A DNA stretch of 63,646 nucleotides, filler included, from Choristocarpus tenellus KU-1152 (taxonomy: Eukaryota; Protista; Phaeophyceae): the NCBI GenBank assembly GCA_964200185.2. It is 15 parts of 15 records of this genome, joined end to end, with 100 filler letters (N's around TTAATTAATTAA, not from the genome) between each part and the next. Parts side by side here need not be neighbours in the genome. Positions count along the whole stretch, not along the records: positions 46,162 to 51,869 come from CAXNAD020009956.1; positions 51,970 to 56,176 come from CAXNAD020015698.1; positions 56,277 to 60,153 come from CAXNAD020017433.1; positions 60,254 to 63,646 come from CAXNAD020020337.1; 11 more parts are not named here. One strand, 5' to 3'. Below are positions 51,481-63,646 of the stretch, in pieces. Every line of letters starts with the position of its first letter. Positions within the stretch are counted from its first letter, which is position 1. The notes below the pieces were generated by a model. That model was not told where the DNA came from, made no database searches, and saw only the letters and a program-made list of their open reading frames with translations. The translations under genes were made by a program, and so were the position numbers.

Positions 51481-52836
51481 AACGGTTCACCGCCATCCAT
51501 GACACTCCCCATTCCTCTACAATGCTCCAGATTCATCGAGAACACCCCAGTCATCCAGAACACTCCACCTTCATACACTCCCACACCGTGCCTTTGAAGT
51601 AGGAGGCATCTACCCCAAGGTTGACCTCCCCTCTCCTACCAACATCCCACTCAATCATGAGCAATCGAAGTGGGAGGGTGGGATAGATTGCTCAGAGGCT
51701 GCCTTGCACCTGCCCCCCTAGTCATTCTTTCTAAAAAAAAATGGACTTTGTCCTTTTTCTTCTGTCTTTCCTTGGCCTCTGACTCCCCAATACCACTTAT
51801 TAATATTATCTTCCCGACTTCCTAATCTGCTTTCGGACCAAAGTATCTGCGGGGGGTGAGGGTGGGGGGNNNNNNNNNNNNNNNNNNNNNNNNNNNNNNN
51901 NNNNNNNNNNNNNTTAATTAATTAANNNNNNNNNNNNNNNNNNNNNNNNNNNNNNNNNNNNNNNNNNNNCTGGTAGTATTGTGTATCATATCAACAGGAA
52001 ACAAATGAGTAGCCTATGTTTTAACAGCTAGTGTGAACCTGTGGTGATTTTCATGTCATCTGAATGAACGTGTCAGATGTAAGGGCAATTTCCTTCGTCT
52101 GAATACTCCTTCCATTTCCATCCTCCTGTCTGAACCAAATCCGAAGGAAATCATTCGGAAAAACGGGCATCAGACTGTGGTATCTTACAGCACCTCATCA
52201 AGTCCCGAATGGACAACCTGGGCTAACCCCCCCCCCTTCTCAGACACTATGGCACAATGCGCCAGCCTTTGGGGTAGTCCTTTTACGATCATAGTCAAAT
52301 CTGATGGCTGTCTCCACGTTGATGTGTATACTACTGTCGCCTTTTTACAAACATCTTGTTTCGAAGACGTGACTATACCTGACGCGGAATCACATGTTGA
52401 TATCGTGTTTAGTGCCAATTTATCAATGTTGGTGATATTCTGAGTATGTAATTGGTAAATTCCGGTTACTGAAGCTGATATTGGTAAGACTGATTTTGTC
52501 ACTTCCAGAGGCAAGCACGTTATTGAATGTCGTTTGGGATATCAAACGCTCCCTTGCCATTCATTTGAAAGGATCATATATCATTGACCTTTGCTAACGT
52601 TGTGGTTTGCTAGTTAATATGGGTGATTGATTGCTCGTTTTCCCGCATGGGGAGGACATTTGGACTTACTAAAGTGGCAATTGAAAGCTTAAAAAGCAGC
52701 AGGTTTAACCATCAAAGCTTCAAATTTGGACGTAAAGAAGTCCATTATTTGGGTCATTTTTGGTTGTCTGAAGGGACTCGTATGGGTGGAGATTGGGTTA
52801 GCGCCATCGCTGAATTACATATACACATCACCATCA

Positions 52837-53094
52837 GAGTCAAGGCATTTAAGAGGGCAGGGTCGCGTCCATTCGGGATCATAAATCCAATGCTGCGATT
52901 TTGATTCATTTTGCCTATCGTGATTGTTAGCAAGTGTCAGTATCCTTTCCACGGACACACCTTTCGTAGTCGTACACATCTTAGATAACTATGTTCACAC
53001 AGAAAACCGAAAAAAGGCATAAAATACCCGTGGGAAGCCAAGCCCCAAGCAGACGAACAGGGCAAAACTCCTACTCTCTTAAATGCTTTGGGCC
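52837..53094 (+). mobile_element. Complete 258-bp MITE, subfamily C, TSD TCA
   Basis: TCA|GAGTCAAGGCATTTAAGAGGG ... CTCTCTTAAATGCTTTGGGCC|TCA; excision restores ACC ATC AAA GAA CTT CGA (TIKELR). Confidence 0.93.
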
Positions 53095-54088
53095 TCAAAG
53101 AACTTCGATCTGTCCTAGGTATGGTTGATCTTGTAGGTAAATGTCTATTTGTAGTACCCAACCTAGCCACATTGATCAACCGTTAGTTCGCATTACAAGA
53201 ACGTTGTGAGTAAGAGCATTGCTAAAGAATGGGGATTTGTCAAGGATGTAGCATTTTCAAAGTGAAAACAATTACTCACTGCAGCCCCAGAAATTGTATT
53301 TCCTGACTTTACTGAAGAGTTCATGGCCCATGTTGATACTAGTGAGAGTGGTGCTGGACGTTTTTTAGCACAACTCTGATCAGATCATTCTCACGACCTA
53401 CGCATCATTACTTACTTCATCAAGAGGTTCAAATAAAGCTCAACATCACTACTCATTTACATTGAGAGAGTGTTATGCAGCCGTTACCACTATCCCTCAT
53501 TGTCGACCGTATCTCTAGGGTAGACACTTCACCTGCATTACAGTACATGCCGCATTGTGCTACTTGTATAGAATGCGGAATACCAACAACATGCTCACTT
53601 GTTGGGCTATTGCACTTCGAGCATATAACTTCACTGTCCAACACACAAGCCTGGTAAGGTTAATGTAACCTGACATTCTATTTCATATTTTCAAGTTTGA
53701 GGAACAGGAGAAATCCGTCACTCCAATTCTGGAACCCATCTGTCGTAGTGTACACAGTGGTAATCGTTAATATACCACACCGTTTTCAAAAGGAATCTGA
53801 GTAATCTACTTCTAACCTTGACCAAGCAACGCCTGTCCAAAGTGATGGTGGACTATTCGCTAGTTCCACTACAACTGTATCGCCGACAATAGAGCTGTAG
53901 CAATTGCCCAAGGAGCAGGAGTCCGAGTTCGGACCATATTTCAGGTATTTGCAATCCACAAAGTCGGCCCACTACCTGATGAGGAATCAACGACATCAAT
54001 GTCGTATTTTTCCCTTTGTAATGGCTTACAGTATCATTCGTATTTACCAAGACGTCATTGTAAGAGGGGAACGTTTAGAGAACAGTTG

Positions 54089-54522
54089 TGTTACAGGCGA
54101 ACAGCGCGAGTATTTCTTCCCGCGCTTTAACCGGCGCGAGCAGTGTATGCGCATGGGGAATCCCAAATGGGGGAACTCCGATTTGCTAAAAAGTTGCAGA
54201 ACAAAATCTGTAACTCGGGAAAGTCGCAAGGGTTCCCAGATGGAAAGGTCGCAAAGGTTCTCAGATATATTCCAATATCTGTAAACCAAAGAAGCCCCAA
54301 CGGTAAATGATGATAAGAGATCCTAAAAACGGCTCCAAACAGCTCAGTTCTTCTGACCTAGAGACCCTACTTAAACACTCTTACTGATATCGAAGAACGT
54401 ACATTGTCTTATGCTAATTGATTAACTGAGAGTACTCCTGTTCTGCTGAGCTGACGTTCGTTAATCTGTGAATTAGAACTACCTATCCTGTGGAGGTATG
54501 TTTCTGCAGCGTGCCTGCAACA
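54089..54522 (+). mobile_element. Solo LTR (434 bp), 4-bp TSD GTTG
   Basis: GTTG|TGTTACAGGC...GCCTGCAACA|GTTG; TG...CA ends with short terminal inverted repeats; homologous to 57575-58024. Strand is relative only. Confidence 0.9.
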
Positions 54523-57214
54523 GTTGGTCGTTCCTCGCTCGTTAGTTCGTCTTGTACTCTACGGTTACCATGATCATGCAATCAATGTCTGGAGTTCACT
54601 TTGGTTTCGAACCCACGTATGATAAGGATAGAGACTTGTTTTGGCGGCCAATTATTCAATATCGATGATCGTACATGGTGCCGTAATTGTCAGCCTTATC
54701 AAACGTGTAAGACTGCTCAGAACAAAGCTCTGCTTTCCACTGGCCATATGCCCGTTGACAGTTCACTTCAACGCTCCCATATTGATTTGATAGAGTACAA
54801 AATACCTTCCCCAGCAGCAAATGGTGTCATAAGATACGTCTTGTCCGTCACTGACCACAAGACTCTTTGTTTTGTGTTGTGCTTTGTTCCAAAAAGAGAT
54901 ACTCCAACAATTGCTAGTATCCTTGTTGAATATCTATTTTCAATTTATAGCCCCCACCCAAGTTGTTATACTCTAATCAAAGCACCAAATTTGAATATAG
55001 TATCCTTGCAGATTTGCAGTCTGCTGGAAAGGTTCACTTCTAAGGGATCGTGACTGAGAAATGCTGCTTGGTATATGGATAGAACACGCACTGAATATGA
55101 AGTATTATTGAGACTGAACTTTACCTTCTTACCAGTGCTAGGCTTTATAGAACAGTGGATTTCAAAAATTGAGGATGGAGCGTACTATGGACGATGGGTT
55201 TGACCCAAAATTGACCGGGAAGAAGTGTCGATATGTTTTTTTTTGTAAATGTTGCGGGACTTTTTAAGGGCCCCGCTACGAATGGGATATATATTTTGTT
55301 CCAAAATATTTGGGTGCTTGTGAAGGGCACCGCCACGATTTGGAAACGACCTCGGCCAAGCCAAAGGTACAAGGACAGACGGGCCCCCCGGGGGGAGCCG
55401 GTAACGGTTTTGGCATTCTTATAATATGTATGGTACACTATAGATTGTACTATACAGTACATACATACATACGTCTTCTACTACTACTAGTTATAAATAT
55501 TTATTCGAGTGTTATATGGTTTGTGCAAGTAAGGGATTGATAGGTCACATCCACCAAAAAAAACCACCAACCAAGTCCACAAAGAAGAACGAACAGATGT
55601 CTCACTCTATCCATACATGAAAAGCTTGTACTTCGTGTATATTTTTGGTGTTAATGGCTGTTATTATCGTGTAGTTCTGGCATGCTTAGAAAGAAGGAAG
55701 GTTAGTCACAAAGGAGTTACTATGTTGAGAAGATCTCGTGATCATCTTTCATGTTAGAGGCGGTACATATGTACGTAGCGGCCAATCTTCATACCAGAGG
55801 CGGCGTCAACCTACACTTTGACATTATTATTGGTAATGAAAAAAGTATGTATACAATGGACAGGACTCAACAGACAACAGTGAGTGAGAGCTTCTAAATG
55901 CTACTAGCATCCGATATGTTGGCTATTGCAAACATACCTTTGCATCTATATTTCGTTTGTACATGATATATGTTATGAATGACAACTAACCCGTATTGAA
56001 GGAGGCTCAAAATCATGAATGGAAACAAAGGATTTAGATTGCCACGCAACAACAACCGACAACTATTATGTACCACAACAACAACATGCTGGATTCGGAG
56101 GCTCTGAAAACATCGTCATGTATTATACAAAACACATGTTGTCGCTGCCATCGCAGAAGGCAGTTATTAACATCCGNNNNNNNNNNNNNNNNNNNNNNNN
56201 NNNNNNNNNNNNNNNNNNNNTTAATTAATTAANNNNNNNNNNNNNNNNNNNNNNNNNNNNNNNNNNNNNNNNNNNNCCCCACAAATGGATAAACAGGGAA
56301 AAAATCGTACCCTCTAAGATAGTTTCACTCTCTTGTGGTTGTCAATAGTATTACACCAAATTATTCATAGCCAACAATGTTCGCTTCATTAATATGTAGC
56401 ACTACTACTGGTAGTAGTGACGTTTTGAGAAGTAACACCTGAGGATGATGATGAGTATTGAGAATTCCCACAAAGATCATATCAACAACGACAGGAAGAG
56501 TAGTTACAAATGCTAGTGCTATTTTTGTTGTAGGAAACAATGGGAACAACAAGAAGGAGACAAGAGAGAACAACAATTGGGTAAGGTAGAACTAGTATTG
56601 GCAGTACTAGTATCACTAGCAGCAGTAGTAGTAGAAGTGGTAATGGTAGTACTAGTACTACCACGAGTAGTACTGAGTGGTGGTAATGTTGAAGGGATGC
56701 TCAAGGTCAAACCACTCACTGTTGGCTGAATATGCATGTGTGCAGCTACAACTACAATCTGAGTAACTCATACGAAGGAGAAGAAAAATGTTGAGTTCAA
56801 AGGACAAAAAACAGTACTAATGACATTTATTACACGAGGGAGGAGGTTGGGGCTGATATAGCAGTGTTTTTTGTAGTGAGGGGGTTATCCTTATCTCTCA
56901 ACCACAAATGGATGGTGAATATGTGAGATCGACAAAAGGAAAACAACAACACCCATATAACATCATCATGAATTAGTTGTCTCTATCATGATGCCTGAGT
57001 ATAGAGTGCCTTGAACAAGTCCTGAAACATGGTGCTTCAAGTTTCAACCGCACAAGGAGGTAGACAATAACAATGGTTAATACTTCGAAGTAGGAAATAA
57101 TGTACATACGTGTGCAGGATGCCACCACAAGCACTTCATTCATTCAATATTTATTTGTTGAAACATCGGCTAATCTTCTTTGTTGTTGACACAATGCAGT
57201 ATTACTGTTGTGAC

Positions 57215-58870
57215 CTAATGGTGCATGCAGTACTCTATGAGCACAGCTTGAGCGTCTCCTTGAATTTCTCCTCCCTCATTAGTGCAGATGGCATCGATTA
57301 TGAGCTTCTCTGGCTTGGCCTCATCTACTATTAAGTTTCGGATTACTTCAACAGCATCGCTCTTCCTTTTCATAAAGCGCACCAACTTCATTCTGGCGTA
57401 GTTATCCACCAGAATTATGGTGTAGTAGTTGCTACCCACGCTTGCAACTGCTTTGGAGCTGCTGAAATCAATACGACTCGCCCCAGTTTTGTGTTTGATC
57501 TTGTTGCCGTAATCTTGGGGACAACAGTACTTTGCGCCTTGCCTTTGAACATCCAATGCAAGGTGCCCAGTCTCTGTTACAGGCGCCCCTCATAACTCAC
57601 CTCCACAGGATGTAAAACTCAAATCCAATTCACAGATCAACGCACGTCAGCTCAGGAGGACAGGAGTACTCTCAGGTGACCAAGTAGCACAAGGAAGTGT
57701 TTTTATTGATGTCAGTTAAGAAAGAACAAAAGAACTGAATAGGTGGGTCCTCTAGGTCAGAAGAACTGAGCCGTTTGGACCGTTTTTAGGATCTCTTATC
57801 ATCATTTACCGTTGGGGCTTCTTCTGGTTTACAGACATTGGAATATATCTGAGAAACTTTTCGAACTTTCCATCTGGGAACCTTTGCGACTTTCCCGAGT
57901 TACAGATTTTATTCTGTAACTTTTTGGCAAATCGGAGTTCCCCCTTTTGGGGTTCCCCAGGCGCATACACTGCTCGCGCCGGTTAAAGCGCGGGAAGAAA
58001 TATTCGCGCTATTCGCCTGTAACATCTCCGTTCAGGGTGGTGCCGCATCTTATAGCCATAGGTGACGAAACTGCATTGTGTTTTGCACATCTTCAATGCT
58101 GGTGCCCCAATATTGAGCACATTTGCATTTGACCGTTTGGCATAAGCAGTGAAAACTCCATTCAGCTTGTTGAAGTGGTAGAATGACATTCCTGTGCCCA
58201 GTATGGCTGTACTTGCCAATATCGACAGTGGTTGACCATTCTCCGTTCCATGTGTTGTTGAAATGAGGTAATGTTTTAGTCTCAGCACAAGTGCTACCCT
58301 CCCCAGAGTTGTTCTTTTGATTGCCCTCCAGGTTGTTCCAGGTTCAGTTCCAGTGTACTATACCCTGCTATCTCCAAGGGGCGTTTCAATCGGCTTGAGT
58401 CATCAACCTCTTCCTCTGTTAAAAGTTGTTAAGGAAGTTCTTGTAGGGAGACATATGCTCGTGCCTGCCCCTGTGACCAGGATCAAGAAGTCCTTGTCAC
58501 CAATAGTGGTCAGCGTCGTTGTTGTCGTCGTAACAACCTCATCTGATCGCGAATTCCCATTGCTTGATTCATGCTGGTTGTGCTGTCTCTTACTGCAGTC
58601 CTTGCCCATGTCCTATTTATCCATATTCGCAGCATTTCCTGTTGAAAGCATTTTCTTTGTCCTTCCTTGCTGCAGCGATCTTTTTACATATAGCCCTTCT
58701 TACCACATGAGGCACATTCGCCGCGGAACTGTGGTATACACCTACTGCATTGTGGGGCAAGGTGTCATCATAGGGTTAATGCAGAGTAAAAATAAAATCA
58801 TCTCTGATTCCATCAGTGATGCCAGATCGATATTCTTGCTTTCGTTTTGTCTGCTTCTAGCAGCTCGTTA
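57215..58870 (-). mobile_element. Decayed Ty1/Copia gag-pol remnant
   Basis: CASCGKKG knuckle relic; protease-like ILVTGAGTSI; PCIGCSKAR; integrase core IDFS...YTIILVDNYARMKLVRFMKRKSD...ICTNEGGE. Confidence 0.85.
57575..58024 (-). mobile_element. Solo LTR (450 bp), 4-bp TSD TCTC, same family as 54089-54522
   Basis: TCTC|TGTTACAGGC...GCCTGTAACA|TCTC; reverse-complement homologue of the 54089 LTR. Confidence 0.9.
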
Positions 58871-58895
58871 GCCCAGTCAAGTCTCGATTCTGGCC

Positions 58896-59093
58896 AAGTC
58901 AAAGCATTTAAGAGGGTAGAAGTTTTGCCCTGTTTTTCCATATTGGGGTTGACTTCCCAAAGGTTTTTTAGACATTTTCCTACTCTAAAATATTTCGGAG
59001 TAGGAAAAATGTGTATACGTTTTGGAGTAGGTATAATATATTAAACTATGGAAAGGCGTATCTGGAACAATGATATTGACACCTCCTAATAAA
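58896..59093 (-). mobile_element. Truncated MITE subfamily C
   Basis: AAGTCAAAGCATTTAAGAGGGTAGAAGTTTTGCCCTGTT plus B/C interior; other TIR missing. Confidence 0.75.
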
Positions 59094-59368
59094 TGTGCAA
59101 AAGAGGACAATAGTGAAGTTATTGTGTTGAATTGAATCCATGTGGTGAAACTAATGAGATAGTACATCCGGATTATATATGGAATTTGTTTATTATTCAT
59201 TCTCTTTCGCCACTTTGAAATAGATAGCGAAAACACAACAATAATAAACAATGAGAAGACATCCCACAAATGTCACTCTTCTAATTTCAACCATCCATTC
59301 TTTTCATGTTCAGCATAATAAACAAACAATGAGAAGACAACGCACAAATGTCACTCTTCTATTTTCAA

Positions 59369-60076
59369 TCAGCCATTCTTCACATTGCCATGCATTGCCA
59401 ATAATCCATCATGACCATCTTGACCCGAGTGAAGGTAAGTTGCCGACGAGGTAACTGCTCGTTTGAGCTCCTCATAGTTGATGTCCAGGCGTGTTACCAA
59501 TTGCACGAATACATGTGGCATTGCTTCCTTGATCCCAAGTAGTATAGATGCCCTCATCACGTTTTCTGACTTAGGCTCCTTGAGCTCCTCGAATTCCGAA
59601 AATAGTCGTTCGAGTTTGACGACAAAATCGGTGCTGTCCTGAGACGCTGTGCACCGTAATTCGCGGAGTTTTACCTCCAACGTGATCATTTGTGCGGGGA
59701 TTTCGTCCTCCGTGCGTCTACCGTAGACTCGTTCTAGTTCCAACCAAGCTCCTCCTCTGCCGTCTGGTTGACCTCCATTTTCGTACTTGGCGACAATCGT
59801 GGATGCTGATCCTTTCGTTGTTTGTAGAAGGAGGGACCATAACGCCTTGTTATTCTTGGAGTGTGTGGCATATGCCGTACACACTGCCTCTCCCAAGATG
59901 GTGGTGGGTGTTTCGGGAATCTCGTAGTCCCTTGTTGTAATCTCATACAAGCCCTTTCCACCAGCGTAGGCGAACAGTGACAGTCTCCAAGTTGACCAGG
60001 TCTGTAATGACCTTCCTGTTGCCCCTGTCCAGACAGCAAGTTTCTTCAGGTCAGTCTCCATACTACTTAGGCTCAT
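59369..60076 (-). mobile_element. Ty1/Copia gag ORF (235 aa, 3' truncated) with PBS and LTR end
   Basis: Copia gag-like TWSTWR...NKALWSLLLQTTKG.A...DGRGGAWLELERVY...FVVKLERL; the ATG lies inside a GGTTATGAGCC PBS that follows an LTR-like ...TGCA end at 60083. Confidence 0.8.
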
Positions 60077-60301
60077 AACCAGTGCAAACTACCTTGAGAG
60101 GTAATGCTATTTGTCAGTAGTGAAGATAAGAGGGTGTGAAGCCTCACACGACCNNNNNNNNNNNNNNNNNNNNNNNNNNNNNNNNNNNNNNNNNNNNTTA
60201 ATTAATTAANNNNNNNNNNNNNNNNNNNNNNNNNNNNNNNNNNNNNNNNNNNNTTGGGATTTTAAAAAAAAAAAAAAAAAAAATTTGTCTGCCCCCACGC
60301 G

Positions 60302-60336
<35 letters not shown>

Positions 60337-61136
60337 AGATACTTTGACCCTTGCAGGTAGGAGTCCATCAGTACTAGTTTGTACACTCCTTCTCCTATGC
60401 ATGGTGACTGAAGTACATCGAAGTCAGTATAACTCCCTCAAAATGAATGCTAGAGAAGGATGAGGGATACAACCCTAATAGGAAAGAGATATATTGAGAT
60501 TTTGGTATATCATTGTCGTTGTGCAGAAAAACGTGCTGTAGGAAGAGGGGAAGACATACCAGATATTAATTTTTATGGTGGGTCTTGGACTTGCCCTTAG
60601 TACCACAACACATACAAGAGACGAGGTACTGGGTTTGTGCCTGTTTCTTTGTTTTATGCAATACACCTGCTGTTGATTGTAGCTTGCGGACAGAATGTGA
60701 GGCACAACCCCACACTTCAATAATCGTCCTCGGTCGGGAGGTGGGGAGGAGAGTCCATTGATGAGTAGGGTCAGGATTAACCAAGGCTTACGAATGACAA
60801 GAATTGTACATTGATCACTATGTTGACATTTTTTGCCTCTATTCATTTCTTTTCTTACCACAAGGCCAGAGGTCGGATAGTGGTGATTATAGTTGTACCT
60901 ATGAAACACTTTCAAGACCTGCAATAAGCAGAGAGGTCCCATGTTCTTCAGGTGCCACGCTTGGGAACGAGAACTTGAACAAAAGCAATCAAAGTATTGA
61001 CCCCTAGATTGAGGTGGTGGGGGTTGTGTTCATAATTCTGGAAATATCCGTTGCTGACTGTTAGCGGTGATTCCGTTTTCCGGAGTTTATCTGCGGAGCA
61101 CTCTCATATTTATAGTGTGATGGATGTATTGTCAGC

Positions 61137-62060
61137 ATGAACTTCTATCATCAGCTGCTGTTATCAACACTTGGACCGCTTGCGATTCTATTGATGCTGG
61201 GGATAACCTACAGGGTTGCAATGATTAGAAACCGAGGTGGCTCAGAAGCAACTTCAATAAAAATAAGGCGGAGACACATCTCAGTTGGATACGCAATAAC
61301 CTTCCTCGTGTTCTCATTTTCTTCATCCAAGGTTTTTCAAACATTTGCCTGCGAGACACTTGAAGATGACAAGACATACCTACGAGCTGACTACAACCTG
61401 GAGTGTACATCTGCTAGGGACCAAGCCTTCCAGGTATACGCCGCAGTTATGATCTTCGTCTACCCTTTGGGTATTCCAATGTTGTACGGCTATATCTTCT
61501 TCGCCAACCGAGAAGCCTTCATGAGCAATGAATCAACAGAGGGAAATCCAGAGCTGTAGCCCTTGTGGATTTATGGCAACAATACAATTCAGACCGATTC
61601 TACTTTGAGTTGGTGGATCTTGGTCGCAGAGTGGTACTTACCGGGATAGTTGTATTTATCTATCCTGGCACTGCTGCAACAAACAAAATCTCTATCATTC
61701 ATGCTTGCATTGTGGTTCCTGTGGCTCATTGAAATACTCAACCCCTATAGGAAACATAAAGATATGTGGCTGTCAAGGGCAGTAAACTTTGTGATTTTGA
61801 CAAGTATGTTTGTCGCTCTAGTTCTCAAAATGGATGTAGCAGATGAAAGCCATGCTAGTCAGCAGATGTTCTCTTATATTATCATTTTGGCTCACATTTG
61901 CATGGCTGCCACAGTGGTGCTGAATTCACTAATGACCGTTTTCTATTCTTTTGAGTTTTTTAGTGTGCCAGAAGAGTTCACACATCCGCGTAGAAATCTG
62001 GACGCTGCTTCTGGTACCAATGGTGTAGGTGGTACGTATCTTTGTGTCTCTGTAGGTTGA
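61137..62060 (+). pseudogene. Multi-pass membrane protein C-terminal domain, disrupted
   Basis: FYHQLLLSTLGP...VFQTFACE...YLRADYNLEC...VYPLGIP, then LWQQY...FYFELVDLGRRVVLTG in a second frame and LNPYR...W in a third; TAG at 61557-61559 and two frameshifts. Confidence 0.75.
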
Positions 62061-63646
62061 CATATGTTGCGAAAGTGGAGCGTATGCTTGCAGCAGAGGA
62101 ACATGGCACTACGAGCCATTTCACCTCATGCCTTCCTCCTGGAACAGCCTTTGAAGGTATCCCACCAAGTTGGGTTGGGGGAATGGAACGTACTTTGAAT
62201 TTTCATATTCATTTTATGGTTATAACTGTTGAAGTTTGAGTTCGACGAGAGATGCTTACACCAATTCAGAGTCATCGAGAATAGATATTCAAGCCAGGGG
62301 GGGGGGAAGAATTGCAAATGGTGAATACATAATTTGAGACTCTTCTTTGGGACCAGGGTAACGTATCTAAGCAATAAAAGGATCAGTTCGTGTTGGATTG
62401 CAATCAGCAAGCACATACCTAATTTCTTTTCCATTTTTGCAGTCTCTCTCTTGCCTTTTATGTGCTGCTGTAGCACATTTTTGTTTAATTTCCTGTTTTT
62501 CCTAGTCTTTCTATATTGAACTAATTCTGCTTCAGGAAAGAGAGTCCTTCAAGTTTTTTTGTGTTTATGGTCTGTGAAGATACGATTGTTGAAATATGTA
62601 AACAGAGGCTCAGGTGGAGATGTTCCGAGAATAGATTTCAGCTGAAGGTGATGCGAGTAGAGGCTCAGATGAAAAAGTGGTTTCTGCAGAGAATCTAGGT
62701 GAAGGTGAGGTTGGCTGGGTACAAATGAAGATTAAATCATTGCTGATTTCACGTCAGGTGAGGTGCTCTGAGGAGAGGCTTGTATTTGTCTGAAAGTATG
62801 GTTGTAGTTGTAGTGAAATGGACAGGTGCAATGCACTACAAGAAGGAAAATAAACGCATGAAATACACGTACTCTGTATCCGCACATGTCGTGGATTGAG
62901 TTTCTGCACAGTCACGCTCTGATTGAGCAGTGCCAAGATGCAAGATAGTTGGAACCAGGTTAGTATCCAAAACTGTTTGTATTGATCAACTACAATCAAC
63001 TATTGTAGCCTATCTTTTAATAGTAAATTGGATATGATCTGTTGCATATGAGTGCTGAAGTTGTTATTATGGACCTTTATACCAATGTAGATTTTCGGTA
63101 CTTCATGCATGGGCTTATTTAAATGGTGATAATCTCATGTGCTGTTACAGACGATCAGAGTCTACTATCCATAAAGTGGTACCAGTAGCTTCGCCCTCTT
63201 TGGCAATCTTGTTTTTTTCACCCTATAGCCACAAGAGTTACACAACATTGTATATATCAAATGAAAGGGTATGGCAAGCGCTTTCAAAGGTTAGTACCCA
63301 TGAATGTCCTAACTTTATTGAACAGCTATGTCCCAAATAAATACTTCCAAAAACGAGGGGGAACATCTCCGGCGCAGTTTTGAAGGTCATAATTTTGAAA
63401 ACAGACAAAAATGAAGTGGTTGGCTGAACTTGTTCGATTAGACTCTTCCAACTCTATCGGACAGTTACGGTAAAATATGTATGGAGTAATGGCACAATCA
63501 ATTAGTGGCTGAGTTATCAGAACCTTTTACAAGTGATTAGTTGAATGATAATTTTTCTCATATAAAAGGAAATATTTATGATTTTATTTTGCCGTTCCGC
63601 CCCCCCCCGAGATTTACCCACCTCCCCTCACGCCGCACTCCCGATC

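Larger units (their letters stand above)
52180..55053 (+). mobile_element. Decayed Ty3/Gypsy pol (RT, RNase H, integrase) with two nested insertions
   Basis: FGRKEVHYLGH, TIKELRSVLGMV (after MITE removal), LLTAAP...FPDFTEEFMAHVDTSESGAG, EQLVVPRSLVRLVLYGYHDH (after LTR removal), WCRNCQPYQ, SHIDLIEY...YVLSVTDH; RT-RH-IN order. Confidence 0.9.

Noticed and set aside
53904-54289. ORFs shared with 57947-58132 as a duplicated gene
   Set aside because: The shared sequence is the solo LTR, not a protein gene.
59246-59379. Two-copy ~78-bp tandem duplication at the gag truncation point
   Set aside because: Real but short, with no evidence of function.

Overview
Eukaryotic, intron-rich, transposon-dense DNA. 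A stramenopile, probably a brown alga, is inferred from the gene families and repeat types but not proven. The window is not contiguous: it is 15 short contigs (about 2.7-5.7 kb) joined by 14 artificial 100-bp linkers (N44-TTAATTAATTAA-N44), so synteny across linkers means nothing. Host genes reconstructed by hand are a 10-exon DCC1 gene (3' end cut off), a 4-exon three-repeat MYB transcription factor, two inositol monophosphatase exons, a cNMP-binding-domain exon and an unknown-protein gene fragment. Pseudogenes include a CDPK/CaMK-like kinase and a multi-pass membrane protein. The rest is decayed mobile DNA: a PIF/Harbinger transposase, a DD37D mariner, Copia and Gypsy remnants, an RTE LINE end, two solo LTRs of one family, and several MITE families. 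The best candidate for an undescribed system is a group of three related MITE subfamilies with 3-bp target-site duplications (TSDs). One copy sits inside a Harbinger transposase relic, and copies of the group lie at about half of the contig ends. Other notable signals are two GC-AG introns, CGA>TGA decay of transposon ORFs, interstitial TTAGGG arrays and a perfect 31-bp LTR-end hairpin. I see no prokaryotic-type system (CRISPR, operon, rRNA or tRNA).
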